DNA from: Basidiobolus meristosporus CBS 931.73
Taxonomy: Eukaryota; Fungi; Basidiobolomycota
Direction of reading: 5' to 3'
Length of the DNA stretch: 64,000 nt
Assembly (NCBI GenBank): GCA_002104905.1
Contig: MCFE01000348.1
Coordinates: 25,434 to 89,433, forward strand
Made by a program: the position numbers and the translations under genes. This document shows, one piece after another, positions 25,154 to 38,112 of this stretch. Positions within the stretch are counted from its first letter, which is position 1; each line of letters starts with the position of its first letter. The notes beneath the pieces are model-generated. The model made no database searches, had not been told where the DNA came from, and worked only from the letters and a program-made list of their open reading frames with translations.

Positions 25154-26110
25154 TGTGAGAATCTTAGGGATATTGGATGGGATTGGGATAGCAAGTAAAT
25201 CATGTGGTGTGCACCAAATAAATCATTGAATGTAAAAGGAATACTTGTACTTTTACATAGTCTTGGCATGACAAGCACATGGAATATGCTTTGGATGGTT
25301 TCAAAAGCAGTTCTGCAAGGTCTGGGGCTGTTTGGACAGCTTTGAGAAATTTCATATTCTGGGTGCCCAATGTTTTGGTGAAACTACTCCAAGTAAATCC
25401 CAACAAGATGTTTGCTCAGAGTTTCTAAGAAATATAGTTAGTGAGCTAAGTGACTAAACTAGTTAAGTACCTAAGTTCAATCATGAATTCTACAACATTT
25501 TCATGGTCTTGGCAAAGCAGACATGTTCAGTATGTTTAGAAAGGTCTTGAGTGCATGTGTGCGAAGTTTGGGCCTATTTGAGCAACTTACCAAAATTTCA
25601 TACTCAGAATACACAATGCTTTGGGTGAGAATATTCCTACTCCCTGCATGGAACTCAGAGTTCTCTAAGATATATAGGTTAGGATCCAAGTGTTTAAGTT
25701 AAGGGAGTATAGGGGTGCAGCTACTAGGCTTAAAACAAACAGCAATTATAGACAATCCAGACAGTGACAATTTGGGGGTCATAGCCTGTTGTATGAACTT
25801 TGGTGATTTTGGAACTGATTAGGGCAACAAGTAGGATATGTGATTTACTTGCTGGTCTATACAATAAAAAAGTGGTTTTTACAATTTTACATAGCCTTAG
25901 CAGCACAAACAGGTAGAACATGTATAGAGAGGTCCTACATGTATGCAAAGTTTGGTACTACTTGGACAGCTCTGAGATGTCTTATGTCCAGAGTACCTGA
26001 TGTTTTGGTGAAAGTATTCTACACAAATCCCATCACAGAGTTTGGCTGGAATTCATTAAGATCTGTGAAAGATGATCTAAGTGACTAAGCTGGGTGAATA
26101 TTTGGGTGTA
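25154..26110 (-). repeat. Cluster of inverted, partial copia LTR copies
   Basis: Modules such as aagtaaatcccaacaag..agtgactaa at ~25390-25460 and ~26020-26100. Confidence 0.6.
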
Positions 26111-26349
26111 TCACAAAGTATGCAATAACACATGGGTGATAAGTATATTAATTTGGTGTCAGAAAGCACTTGGGTAAGGGATGGTAAGGCTTAAAGGCAA
26201 TGATTGAGGTATCCAAGTAGATAAAGTAAATAGGTTGAAGTACCAAGCTTAAAACATAATAGCTACTTGCAAAGTTGACATTGGCACCTTGTATGTATTG
26301 CATTCCACTATACACATAGCACAGCTAGTGGCCCATAATTGGGACAATA

Positions 26350-27685
26350 TGAAAGAAGGCTTGGAGGTACTTTTGGCAAGCCTTAAGTCATTTGGATAGG
26401 CTTGAGGCATCCATCAGTAATCAGTGCCTTCAGTAACTCAGGGAAACCAAGATATCCAACAAGCCAGCCCTGAGGTAAGTATGGCAGACCCTGATAACTT
26501 TGCTGAGTCCAGAATATGGTGGTCAGCACAGTGTATTGATGGTCCTCTATTTTGATTGCCTCATGATGTAAGTTGCAAAAAGGCCTGGGTTGTCTTGTAG
26601 CCATACAAGAGCTCCTCAGTTGGAAAGGGACATATCCTGAATAAGCAGCCTCCACTTGCAAAGTATACTCATATCTGAGTCCATCCCAGCCTTGGTCATA
26701 CCTATCACCACTCTCTAGCTTGGCTACCATTGATGGCATTGGGGACAAGCTACAGGAACAACTTAGACTTGTGCTTCATGAGGCAATGGTCTATGCAAGA
26801 CTCCAATAGGGTGAGCAGGGAGGAGCCAACCACAAGGCTGTGGAGCCATGTGGCCTCAATTTGGTAAGCCTAGGGAGCAATCGGAAGCTACTGTGGTAGC
26901 TTTTGGTAAAGAATGTGGAATCCTGGAGAAGTTCATGGATGAACACCCTTTGGCAAACTTCCCTCGGGCTATTGTGCACCCAGGAGGGCACCGTGGACAG
27001 CATCAATGTTTACACGCTACTCGGGTACTTCAGGGACTGGAGCGATGCAAATAAAGCCGGACCACCCCGCATCCAAATGCTGTCCATGGCTATTGAGGGG
27101 TGAGCGTGGGTGGACTTTCTGCTGGGGAACCCGAATGCGGCACCTGGACTTGCCTGAGAGGTGGGTCAGGAGATGGAGGTAATGCTTCGCGAGCTGGTTA
27201 CCAACAGTGGGCCCATTGGTGGAATCCCTTTACTGGACATCGGGCAGCCCTGCTGCATGCAGGTAAATGGGTAGATTGCATGGCTAGAGCACGATCTGCC
27301 ACGGTCGAAGCGAAGCTCCCGGCATCAATGGATGTGCAGTGACTCCAGGAACATGCACCAGGCGCCGCGATACGCACCATGTGGAGCTTCTGGCAGCGGA
27401 CCATGCTCATTCAACGTAGCCCCAACCACATGTGCATTCGGACGCAACTCGATCATGGACCGGAGCTCACTTTATTCGGGAAATGTACAGAATTTACAAT
27501 GGGGAGAAGGATCCGACCAGCAGACCACGAGGGGGGAGCTCGCCCGCGACAAGGATCATCTGCGAGAGAGGTACCAACTGATGACACCCAGGGTAAACCC
27601 GAGGATAAGTAGGGAGATGACGGAGATCATCCGGTTGTACAGCCGCCAGCGAGTCTCCAACTTGCTCTGGGGACGCTTGGGGTAG
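26350..27685 (+). pseudogene. Unidentified, partly decayed coding sequence spanning the repeat/gene boundary
   Basis: Stop-ridden and CpG-poor 5' half, open and CpG-containing 3' half; LATIDGIGDK (HhH-like) at ~26720-26750. Confidence 0.3.
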
Positions 27686-28044
27686 ATCGAGCCTAGCCAC
27701 CAGCATGGGAAGAACAGGAATCCTAGCAAGAAGAGCACCCCACCCAGGGGGATCTTGGTAGGTGCCTGGACGACCGGGGTGATCTCGATCTCAAAGTCGT
27801 CGGAATGGCGTGCTGAGGGTGGTTGGAGAGTGATAATGGGTTGGGGGAAGGCACTTGCACGATAGGTGGACGAGACCGGGGTGGATTTGTAGGCGATGGA
27901 ACTGGACCGCAAAAAATTCGCCGTCACTTCGTATTCCAGAGTGCCCGGATCGAAGCGAGACTCCGGAGCCGCTGGCCGGGAGTGGAATCCCATGGCTGGA
28001 GAAGGGGTACGGAGGACGGATGAGTGTTTCTCATCGCTGGGCAT
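27556..28044 (-). CDS. Hypothetical membrane protein with C-terminal hydrophobic segments
   Basis: Single ORF with Ser/Pro-rich N-terminus; LFLLGFLFFPCWWLG and RWRLYNRMISVISLLIL. Confidence 0.75.
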   Translation of the reverse strand: MPSDEKHSSVLRTPSPAMGFHSRPAAPESRFDPGTLEYEVTANFLRSSSIAYKSTPVSSTYRASAFPQPIITLQPPSARHSDDFEIEITPVVQAPTKIPLGGVLFLLGFLFFPCWWLGSIYPKRPQSKLETRWRLYNRMISVISLLILGFTLGVISWYLSRR

Positions 28045-29527
28045 TCTTTCGAAATCTACACTGGGAGATGGCGACGAGGACTATGATTCGGTCGGGTCTG
28101 GGAGAGAGGTCCATCCCCTATTTATAGTGACGACGGGCTGCCGGGTTCATTGTGAAGTGACCAACCTACAGGGAACTGCATGAGGTGTGAGGAACGAGTG
28201 ATTTGGACAAATTGGTTCCCTCAGCGCAAATAAGGGCGTAGCCCCGTATGCACGCGCTACGTCGGAATAGTCACCCCACGCGCAGTAGTAACAAAGATCC
28301 TCTTGGAGAATACGATGCGGCGGTCAACTGATCATTAGCCGTCGGTGGGACATTCTCCAGTCATCCATCCACCAGAGTATTGACCTCTACGTGGAGCCGA
28401 TGGAACCAATGGTTCATCCGGATTTGGCAACACCTTCTTTGATCAAAGCAGTTACATGGGCGGAGCTTATGTGGGTTTAACTTGGTCATCAATAGGTTGG
28501 TTTCTTGGTTAAGGCGCTGGATCAACGGATCATCAATCCCATGAAATCCCTGATTGGAATGGCACCACATAATACGATGGTTCGTTCCCACAACTCGTTT
28601 GCCGCTCATTCTGGTATGCCCCACGGTCGAAGAAAAGTTCCGGAACATTAGACTGGGACGAGACGAGGTCCGAAGCGACCAACTGGCATTTGCCGAAGCG
28701 CAGTCCTTTCAAGAATCTCAGGCCCACCCTGCTGAACTGAGTCACCGGATTGCATGGTAGGTCACGCAAGCTCAGTGACCCGATCGTAAATGAATGAACT
28801 CTCAACCCCCGCCCAACACCCTCAAGGGAGGGAAATGAAATGCAATCCTCTCCACATGTGCTAATTGCCTAAAGCCAAGGGAAGCAGGTGGGTTGTGGTT
28901 CAGAGGGTTCGATGATCCGATCGGGCTCTGGCAAGTCGGCAAATCTCCGTTACACCAAAGAGATGGAGTTCTTCCGCGGGACCGGATTAGGCAGCGGCCA
29001 TTCAGGTCTAGTCTCAGATGGGGGTGCTGTCGCTCATGACATCTTCTTGTTTCTGGCAATCTTCCCAGCATTTATCCGAGCCGAGATGAAAAGGTTATCT
29101 GGGATGGAGTTATCTCCGAGACATGGGGGACTTCGTTCCTGGCCACACGTACCAGTCATCAAACCGGTATTTCTCTCCACACGCAACCGATTGCAAGTCC
29201 ACCATCACACGAACTGATTCAATGGAAGTTCATCTCAGCTTGAAACCGATCGTCCGAAATGGCAGGGGATTTCTTCGAAGGGAAACATTCGTTTCTTGGT
29301 AAGTCGGACGGGGCGCTTCACGGGGATGGCAATCCTTGGTAAGCATGACTGGGGATAAGGAGCAAAATTGGCGGATTTGGAATTGGGTTTCACTGGGTTT
29401 ATTGAGAATACTTTTGGGGAGAGGGAGAGAGGGGATATCATACACTACGAACTAGTGAGGAATGAGATTAATTGAAAATGGGATGAAAATGAACCATGAT
29501 CTGGTGAATGAGTGTGGTGGTGGGGGA

Positions 29528-30255
29528 TTAGGCATCTGCTTTAACGTGGCCCAATGGCAACACGATGTATGATGATTCCCTGGTGATGATGGCGGCGGCT
29601 GCGTTGTACCAGGCGATGAATGCGGTGATGAGACCGAACCATCCGGCGACATTGTTCACCTTGCTCATGCTGGCAAAGTGGCCGATGGTCAAGAGAAGGA
29701 AGGTCAGGGATAGGAAGAAGAAGAGGGCGAACATGGCGCGGGCGGCCTTCAACGTTCCCAAAGTCATGATCACAGTGAAAATCGTCCATCCTGGGGGATG
29801 CGAGGGTGAATAAATGCTAGGTTTGCAGGCGACGAATGCGGAATACTTACCCAACAAGAAGAATCCAAGAGCAGTGTTGAGTTTACCATCGGTGTAGGCG
29901 GCGCCTATGTCGAAGGCAGGGGAAAGAATGGCCGCGAAAGAAAGCCAGAAGCCTCCGTAGGATGAGAAGGCAGTGGCACCGAACACATTGCCACACTTGA
30001 ATTCCCACATCCCGGCTAGGAGCTAGATTACAAAAGATTGGGGAGGATGAGTGGCGTATTGAGCAACATCAGGACCATTGAGCTACCAACCTGACAGAGT
30101 CCACCGTAGAAGAATGCGAGGCCGATGACAACGTTGGGGGTGTTGGTAGCGATGCCAGTGTTTACGAGCGAGAGTACAAAGGTGGTAAGCGCAAACCCAG
30201 AAAGCCCCAATGGAGCGGGGTTGGCAATAGGCTTAGCAGAGTATTCAGCAACCAT
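29528..30255 (-). CDS. GPR1/FUN34/YaaH (ATO/Ady2-type) acetate/ammonia transporter, 3 exons
   Basis: [30 protein letters not shown] motifs; GT-AG introns at ~30031-30090 and ~29791-29855. Confidence 0.95.
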
Positions 30256-31128
30256 TGTAGAAAAAGAGAAGCGCTTTGGAGAGAGAGAGAAAGACTGGGT
30301 TGTTTGATTTTTCAGTCGAGCCAACCGGCATATATATAGTTGATTTGCAGACTAGGACTAAAGCAACGCTTCGAGTCATACAAAACACCATTAGTCTAAC
30401 CTTGGTTAATTGTTCACGCTGCGCCTCACATGATTGCCATACAATCCACAAAGCAATGGTATCAAGAACTCAGGTGATGATGTCTATAGACAAGTCTCAC
30501 ACACAGTGACACCAGCAATGCAGATGAATCTCACTTCGCTGTATCTAGATCCCCTCAGGAGTGTAACCCAGCTGCATCTTGGCCATCACAGGTGCCACCA
30601 AAAAAGCCCGTTCTCTCTTCATCATTGGGTGGGACGACGGAGAGATGGGATGCTTTGGTTTTCGACGATCTTTTTGTGGCAAAGTAGGATATTTCTGAGG
30701 CTGTGTCGTGAGCAAGGCAGGTGTTGTCAGCTTATGACCAGCTTGAGTAATTAATTTGTGGGGGGTTCGTGAAGATTGCACATGACGCTGATTGATCTTA
30801 GGTAGAGATTTGGTAATTTCCAGTAATTCTCCATATGAGGCAGCCCTTCACTTTCCCACAGACATGGCTAAACCATTGCTCTCTAAGGCTCTGGGAAACA
30901 ATGCGGCGAAATAAGCTCCATTTTATCCAAAGTGCCTTAGGGCTAGCCTGGCTTGACAAGCGACTCATATTCTCATATTGTCTTTCGAGCACCCACACCT
31001 AATGTATTACCTGCAGTCATTTGTTCGTGCAGTCTTACAACCATCTATTGATCATTGGTGCTGGACAGTTGGGTTTATTCATATATGGATCCTGATTATT
31101 TACATTTGTATATGAACGCTACTGATTA

Positions 31129-31926
31129 TCAGTGTGGCTCAGGGATGATCGTGACAAATCCATTTGGATCGACCAGCTCAGGCTTGTTGAGAGGCTCCGT
31201 ATTGTTTCGATTCTTGATCCCTCGGCGTTTACGCAGATAGAACACGAGAAAAACGGCGCCTATGGAGCCTACGACCCCAAGGCCGATCAGGATATATCCC
31301 CAGACGGGGAAGCGGTTAAAGTCGTCGGTATCGGTGCAGATTTTTTTACGGTCGCTGCAGTTGTTCGAGAAACACTGACGATCCTCTTGGCAGTTCTCCC
31401 CATTGTTGTACGAGGGGATGCATTGCAAGGATAGACTGTTGCAGAATGTCCCCTTCACACAGTTGTCCCGGGTGACTCCGACGAGGGTTGCGTTATCAAG
31501 ATTACACGTCTGGTTTAGCTGGACTTCTTTGAGGACGCAGCGTTGACTTAGACATACGCTGGCTTTCCCGGCGCACGAATCGTCTCTTCCGGGCGAGCAG
31601 GCGTCTCCGGTCTTGATTTTAGGCAGGCATTTCAGTTGATCATCGGGACAAAATTCCGACTCAGCATTGCATAAGGCAGGCTGCTTCCATTCCGCTGGCC
31701 ACCCCAGCGGAGACTCGTTGAATTTGCACCCTTTCAATGTACACTGGTTGTTTGCGGGATCGCAGGCTAGTGTGTAATTGTGGCAAGGCCCCTTCTCATG
31801 CAATTGAATATTGGGATTGGGCGAGCATGTGTCGCCTATATTCGACGCTGAGACGAGAGTACAAATGCCGATGAACCAAACCCATTTGCCAGGCAAGCCG
31901 ATGCTATGCATTAGGGCGTTTTCAAA
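31129..31926 (-). CDS. Cysteine-rich type I membrane protein
   Basis: Signal-like N-terminus from the Met near 31926, ~20 Cys ectodomain, TM WGYILIGLGVVGSIGAVFLVFYL followed by RKRR. Confidence 0.8.
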   Translation of the reverse strand, partial: FENALMHSIGLPGKWVWFIGICTLVSASNIGDTCSPNPNIQLHEKGPCHNYTLACDPANNQCTLKGCKFNESPLGWPAEWKQPALCNAESEFCPDDQLKCLPKIKTGDACSPGRDDSCAGKASVCLSQRCVLKEVQLNQTCNLDNATLVGVTRDNCVKGTFCNSLSLQCIPSYNNGENCQEDRQCFSNNCSDRKKICTDTDDFNRFPVWGYILIGLGVVGSIGAVFLVFYLRKRRGIKNRNNTEPLNKPELVDPNGFVTIIPEPH

Positions 31927-32560
31927 TGATTCCTGCACGAGAAGGGTAAATCTCTGGGAGGAGCGCTGGTTTCTTATGGACGTAGCTTCTCCAAAAAGCG
32001 CCACCTAGAAGGAGGTTTAAATGACAACTGCGAGCTCAATCTTGAACCAACCGGTTGACTTATATAATCTGAGTGGGATTATTCACGACAATGGACATTG
32101 ATGAGGAGGCATTCGACTTGCTCGCCCTTCACCTCGTCGTCATAATCCATTGTACGCTAGCCATCCTCCGACGATCGGAGACTTTTACGCTTTTCTGATT
32201 GTTTCTATACAGCTACGCGTATTTGCAGTTTTGGGAAATGGCATGATCGACTGATAAGAAGGCATCCATCTATCCATCCAGATATGGAGCAAGTCATTTC
32301 ATCAAAATCGAAATGGATGCACACCAAAAATTCTTTCAGGTGGATACAGGGCAGGCAGATGGTTGGGTGAATTCGACGATCCCTCTCGATGGCTAGCCCA
32401 ATAGGCGGTGGCCGCCCTAAAGCGCACGAAACGTGGTGTGGCTTGATGTGGGCTGATAAGAAGCCGATAACTCAAAATTGTCCGAGTTAAACTTTATTGG
32501 GCAATATATAAGCTCCTCCCTACTGACCGCGTTTCGTTTCCGACGTATCGCTTGAGGAAA

Positions 32561-33366
32561 ATGGGCTCGCAAATCTTGGTTCAACGTTCGAACACCAAGC
32601 TATCCTGTCAGCAAACGGCTCAACATCCCACTCTCAAACTAACCTCTCGGCAAAGGGTTCAGCTCTGGATGAAAGCCATAAAGCACGCGCAAGTAGACCA
32701 AGTCAAGAGTCTGTTGAAGCGCTATCCTGGCCTCATTCGGGCCCAGGTTGCGGAGAAAATCCCTTACCCGACCAGCATCCCGGCCGACGTCATACAGATC
32801 CTGGGCGAAGATACACATAATCTGACCGGCCTTCACTATTCGCTTCTCTACATGATTGCGGAAAAATCCCGGAAGGCCAACACCTTGAAAACATCCAAAA
32901 CCTTCGAGGCAAGAAGCTGCATAGTTGCCCTTTTGATCGAGGTAGGCTTGTTCTTGCTAGGAACTGAACAGAATCACCCGGAAACTTACTGAGATCATGG
33001 TTATAGCACTCAACATCCGGTGATATCAACGATCTGTGCTGGGGTTTTGCCAACACGGCAATGCACTTGGCCGCACTGACCGGCGATGAAAGTGTCATCT
33101 ACAATATTTTGAACAAGGGTGGAGAGTCCGGTGCATCCAACCTGTTTGGCATTTCTGCGCTTGATATCATTGACAACACGCGGAACTTACAGGCCTCATG
33201 GATTCACCACAGTACTGGTGACAGTAAGCAGCATTCATCAACTAGACAAGAGAGCTTCGATTGCGCAGAGCGTAGAGGCCGCAGTCGCCAATGCAAACCC
33301 CTTAATGATACTGTAAAATATTTTCGTGGTGAATCTGACACTGACTTCAATAGGATGTTTTATTGA
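32561..33366 (+). CDS. Ankyrin-repeat protein, 2 exons
   Basis: LTGLHYSL; after the intron at ~32942-33007, WGFANTAMHLAALTGD..LLNKG....N.FG.SALDI. Confidence 0.75.
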
Positions 33367-33615
33367 GGTGAGGTGAGCAATATCAAACCACAAGAGATCG
33401 TCCTTCTTTGGGCGATACCAAGCCAGGCTGCGTCCTTCGCAACGCACAAGAGGTTGTACTTCTGGCCAAGACAGCCGTGGATCCGACTACCAAGTTCAGA
33501 TCCATCCGAAATCAGTGATTCATGCATTTACTTAGACAATAAAACAATCCACTTCCCATAAGATCTCCCAAATATTGACCATTGGATTTTTCAATTTCCT
33601 CTCTTGTCTCCGACC

Positions 33616-34790
33616 ATGTCGCAACGCTCTTTGGGAGAAAGCTCGTATCAAGCCTCGCAAAGGAATGAGCCTTCCACCGACCCGTACTTCGACCCCACCT
33701 ACGCCACAAAGATCGGTTCTTACCTGACCGATTTCGACTCTCTACTTAACCAAGTCACTGAAGCATACGGCCACCTGACCGAGGCAGCGGTCGATCTTGA
33801 AAACATCAATGACGAGGTAGTGAGGCCAACCCAGCTTTCCTGAAGCACCGGCACCTAACCAGCTCGAACCTCCCCCAGGTCCAGCCCTTAGATGACGGGG
33901 TAAAAAAGGTGATCGACGTCGAAGCGCAGCTTAAACTTCAGCAACGACTGTTAAACGACATCAAGATGAGGATTTCCCGCGGCGAACAGATAGTAAGGAA
34001 CCAGCACCACAGAAGCCTCTCACCCCATCAACCCACGATTTTTCTTACCTCTGTGTCTTCTCTCAAGCCAAGTCTGGTGCAGCACTTCAAAAACGAATAC
34101 AGAAACGCGCTCCGAAAGTGGAACGAGCGCACCGAGGATGTCCGGTATCTAAACAACGAGAACTATCTCGACTTCAAAGCGAAAGTCTGGGTATGGCTCC
34201 CCGACCTCCCTTGGATTGCCCGAACTCGGCAACTTAAATCTAGACTTGAATATATGTAGGAGGTGAACCATCCCAACGATCCCATGCCCCCTTTGGTCGA
34301 TGATGGAGAGCAAGACGAGGACATCATGGTTATGAGCACCTCGACCGTGACGCTGAAATGCCCCATCACCACCACTTATCTTGAAGATCCAGTCACAAGG
34401 TGCTGTAAAGCAACACTAGGCAGCATGGCTTGGAACCACGTCTAACCAATTCTTCAGTCAAGTGTGCAAACATAGTTTCTCGAAGGAGGCCATCGTAACC
34501 CATATCCGTCGAACACAAACCACGGCTGCCGCCTGTCCAGTTTCAGGTCCGGTATTTATCAACGTGAGCCATGCGTCGAGCATATATTCATTTTGTCCAC
34601 AGGGTGCAACAAGTTCATCAAGATCTCGGACCTGAAGCCCAACAAGTCGTTGGCCCGCAGAGTGAAGCAGCATTTACAATCGCAGGGGGAGGAAGAGGAG
34701 GAGGAGGAGGTAAGGGACCACGCGTTCCCATTCTCGAGTGAACACCCGGCTAACCCCTTTTCAGTACATGGATGTAGAGTAGCTGGAGAT
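33616..34790 (+). CDS. MMS21: NSE2/MMS21 SP-RING SUMO ligase of Smc5/6, multi-exon (3' end approximate)
   Basis: TLKCPITTTYLEDPVT..CKHSFSKEAI..CPVSGC..DLKPN SP-RING preceded by a long helical region. Confidence 0.85.
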
Positions 34791-34967
34791 TTGTACATAA
34801 ATATAGATTTGATTGCTTTTCCCATCAATTCCCATCAATTCAATAAACCTTGCTTAAAAATCTCCATTGATTGATCAATCTTCCGGATCTTGTCAAATGG
34901 CGACCTGGTGAGTGGTTATGCATAATACCCACCATTCCATCATCCATCCTTGGGTATAGTCTTTGAG

Positions 34968-36623
34968 ATGTCAGAGGTAGATGATTACTTCCACACTCTA
35001 ATCGAGTCCACCGTCGGACCTTCTCAGAAGGAACTCGTAAAGGAAGATTGGTGCAAAGAATATCTAGACCATCTGACGGGTCTGTCCCTGAATGAGCTAC
35101 GCGAAGAGCCGGTGTTGCTAGAGAAACGGGAGAAAGAGGTGACCGAAGAGCTCAAGGAGCTGGCGAAACGAGAATACTTGGGCTTTGTCAGCGTTTACTC
35201 CTCTTCCGAAACAGTGTCCAGCACCCTCTCGACCATCGACCACAAATTAAATAGCCTACTCTCGGTGTTGCCCTCGCTGGAGAAGTCGTACGTCTCCTTC
35301 AACGCCGAGGTGACCAGCATCCAGGCCGACCGCAGCAAGTTATCCCTGATACTGAACAACTACAACAACCTGCTGGAGGTTCTGGAGATCCCTCAGTTGA
35401 TAGATACTTGCGTAAGAAATGGCTACTACGCCGAGGCTTTGGAGCTCTCTTCACATGTCAGGCGCTTGTGCCTACGACACCCGACTGTAGATTTGCTCGA
35501 GCAGGTCTCCCAATCTGTAGAGAAGTCCATCGCCCACATGCTGTCGCAATTGCTGGTACTTCTACGCGGACCAATCAAGCTTCCCCTCTGTTTACGGGTG
35601 ATTGGATTTTTGCGACGTATGGAGGTTTTCGACGAGGCGGAGCTTCGAGTGCTGTTCTTGAAGTCGAGAGACGCCTACTTTGAGCAGCTCGTCCACGAGC
35701 TCTCGGTGGAGATGATCGACCCGGTGAAGTTCCTGCGCAGATATATCGACCTGTGCAGAGACGAGTACTTCGACATCGTGAGCCAATACCAGGCCATCTT
35801 TGCGGAAGAGGATTTGGACCCGAATGAACGAACCTCGACCAAGGTCATCTGCTCCGACTATATATCGCAGATTGTTGTTCGATTCACCGCCACCCTTACC
35901 AAGCACACATCCGCCATCCACGACATAAGCGCGCTCTCCTCCCTACTGACGCAGGCAATGTTCTGCGGCATGTCTTTGGGCCGCATCGGACTGGACTTTC
36001 GTCAGATCATCGGGAGCATCTTTGAACGCCGAGTCAGTGTGATCGTTAAGGAATTGATCGTCGACGGGACCGAGGAGTTCCAGCGGGAGATCGAGGAGGT
36101 GATGAAGAAGAACGTCTCATGGCTGACCAACAACAAGGCTCTCACTACCGAACCGGCCAAGACCACCAGCAGATCCGTGTTTGCACCACCCACCTCGTTG
36201 GTGAACTTCCCACCGCTCGCCCGACTCACCAACGCGTTCCTTTCCGCCTTCAACTCGCTGCGCTTACTGGCCCCCATCTCGATCATGAGAGATCTGAGCA
36301 TCCAGATCGACCACTCCCTGATGGACGCAACCAAATCCATCCAGTCCTACGCCGCTCACAAGTCGGACATCTGGTCGAGTCGGCCGGAGGAGAAGGCGAT
36401 CTTCGAGAGATTCTGCGAGCTGTTCGTCAACTCGTTCATCCCGTACATCAAGCGATGCTTCGTCGAGGGGGTGTACGCCGACATCCTCTTCACCGAAGCG
36501 AAGGCAAGAGACATCCTCCCGGTTGAGCCGATCCTGGAGGTGTTGGGAGGCTACATCAAGCCACCCGCCAACAACTCACCCACCACCGAAGAAACCAACC
36601 AACCCACCCTATCTCCTGCATGA
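34968..36623 (+). CDS. COG8: Conserved oligomeric Golgi complex subunit 8 (Dor1)
   Basis: LLEVLEIPQLIDTCVRNGYYAEAL, LPLCLRVIGFLRRM, AMFCGMSLGRIGLDFR. Confidence 0.95.
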   Translation: MSEVDDYFHTLIESTVGPSQKELVKEDWCKEYLDHLTGLSLNELREEPVLLEKREKEVTEELKELAKREYLGFVSVYSSSETVSSTLSTIDHKLNSLLSVLPSLEKSYVSFNAEVTSIQADRSKLSLILNNYNNLLEVLEIPQLIDTCVRNGYYAEALELSSHVRRLCLRHPTVDLLEQVSQSVEKSIAHMLSQLLVLLRGPIKLPLCLRVIGFLRRMEVFDEAELRVLFLKSRDAYFEQLVHELSVEMIDPVKFLRRYIDLCRDEYFDIVSQYQAIFAEEDLDPNERTSTKVICSDYISQIVVRFTATLTKHTSAIHDISALSSLLTQAMFCGMSLGRIGLDFRQIIGSIFERRVSVIVKELIVDGTEEFQREIEEVMKKNVSWLTNNKALTTEPAKTTSRSVFAPPTSLVNFPPLARLTNAFLSAFNSLRLLAPISIMRDLSIQIDHSLMDATKSIQSYAAHKSDIWSSRPEEKAIFERFCELFVNSFIPYIKRCFVEGVYADILFTEAKARDILPVEPILEVLGGYIKPPANNSPTTEETNQPTLSPA

Positions 36624-36742
36624 TAGCCGTTTCCAAATAAACCCGTGTAGCATTGTGAAAAGATGAATTATATTATAGAGATGTTACAAGGGCTTGGTAC
36701 ATATAAACATACATAAAACTACAGCGATTTAGATCCACGGCC

Positions 36743-37792
36743 TTAGTAAGCTCGTTCGCAGTCGGGAAGCATCGCCTCCATGTATGATGGGAGAGTGATG
36801 GCGGCTCGAGAGTAGCGCGGTGGCGCATTGTATTGACTACTCAGCTCAGGAACAATCACCACCGGCAAGCTGGTGCGGATCTTGCTGCGCGCGCCGTAGG
36901 CGTCGAGTATCTCGATTTTAGCGGTGATCCGGTGCTCGACCTTGATGAACGAGCTCTGCCCGTCATACGACATGATCTTCTTGTCGGGGATGGCCAGGGA
37001 CCAGGTTTTCTGGAAATCGTCGCCAACGGGAACCTGGGTTTTGTGGGATACCCGGGTGATCACCTTGCCCCAGGGGCCGAAGTCTCCTTTGCTGGGAACG
37101 TGGTAGCTGGTGTTCTGAACGATCCCCCAGCAGACGTTCTTCACGCGCAGGCCAGTGATTAATGGGTCTATGCTGACCGTGATGTCGATGCTCTCCTTTG
37201 GATGGAAGAAGTTCTTGGAGATGGTAAGCTCGTAGTCGAAGCGGTCCTTGCACGTGCCTTTGCTGCTGGCATGGGTTTGCGAGAAGCTCCAGAGAGAGAA
37301 GAGCCGGTGGATATGAATCTTCTTCTCCGCCGTGAGATTCCCAAACAGGCCGGCTTTCTCAGCGACCCCTTTGAGCTTGTACTCAATAGCTCCGCCCTCC
37401 ACTTGCATCGAAGGCGGCAGCTCGCTCTTCAAAGGGAGCTCGAAGTTGTATTTGTACTTGCCTGCGGCAAGCTTCGTTGGTTTGTCCGCGGTGTCCAGGA
37501 AAGTCCATGCGTGAGAGATCAGCAACTCTTGATGGGACCCGATGTCTATGAAAAGCATACCGTTAGATACACATCATCGCAACGAAAAGTCCACACTGGG
37601 GTTACCGCAGGAGCTCTTGTGACTGGAGAGCTTCACTTTCCCTTCGAAGGACAATCGGACGGTTTTCAGCTTGGTCGTTTCCGATAGGTCGAGCATCAAA
37701 CAGCCTCGTAGCACGCAGCCAGCCGACTCCTCTGCAGCGCCTAGCATGACTAGGTTGTCCTCGAGTACCAATATCGTAAATCGAGAAGACAT
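36743..37792 (-). CDS. Alpha-arrestin, 2 exons
   Basis: LRG.LMLDL, GKYKYNFEL.L..ELPPS....GGAIEYKLKG; C-terminal PPRY and LPSY PY motifs. Confidence 0.9.
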
Positions 37793-37978
37793 TTCTGTAA
37801 ACGACTTGATGCAGCTAGGGGAGGATTCTTCTTTATCGGTCCTGATAGCCCAAATAAACCTTATAAAGAAATTAGATCAATCGAAGGCGGACTGATCTCA
37901 TATTGATTGGGTCATCGGTGGATTCTTTTTGCCGATGGGATATAGCTAGGGGACGGTGGATGGTGGATAGGTCTGTTT

Positions 37979-38112
37979 GGGAAATGCATTTGTAATGGTT
38001 TGGCTTGGTTGAGCAGACATGCTAACTTTGGGATATGCATTTGTAATAGCATAGCTCGCTAACTTTGGGATGTGCATTTGTAATAGCATGGCTCGCTAAC
38101 TTTGGGAAATGC
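37979..38112. repeat. 37-bp tandem repeat in the divergent arrestin/thioredoxin promoter
   Basis: gctaactttgggat.tgcatttgtaatagcat.gctc at 38021 and 38058, partial copies at 38095 and ~37979. Confidence 0.8.

Noticed and set aside
28300-29450. Short ORFs on both strands between the membrane-protein and ATO genes
   Set aside because: CpG-normal and possibly genic, but I could not build a consistent spliced model or recognise a motif
35408-37687. Long antisense or alternate-frame ORFs over COG8 and the arrestin gene
   Set aside because: Expected shadows of GC3-rich coding sequence, with no independent motifs
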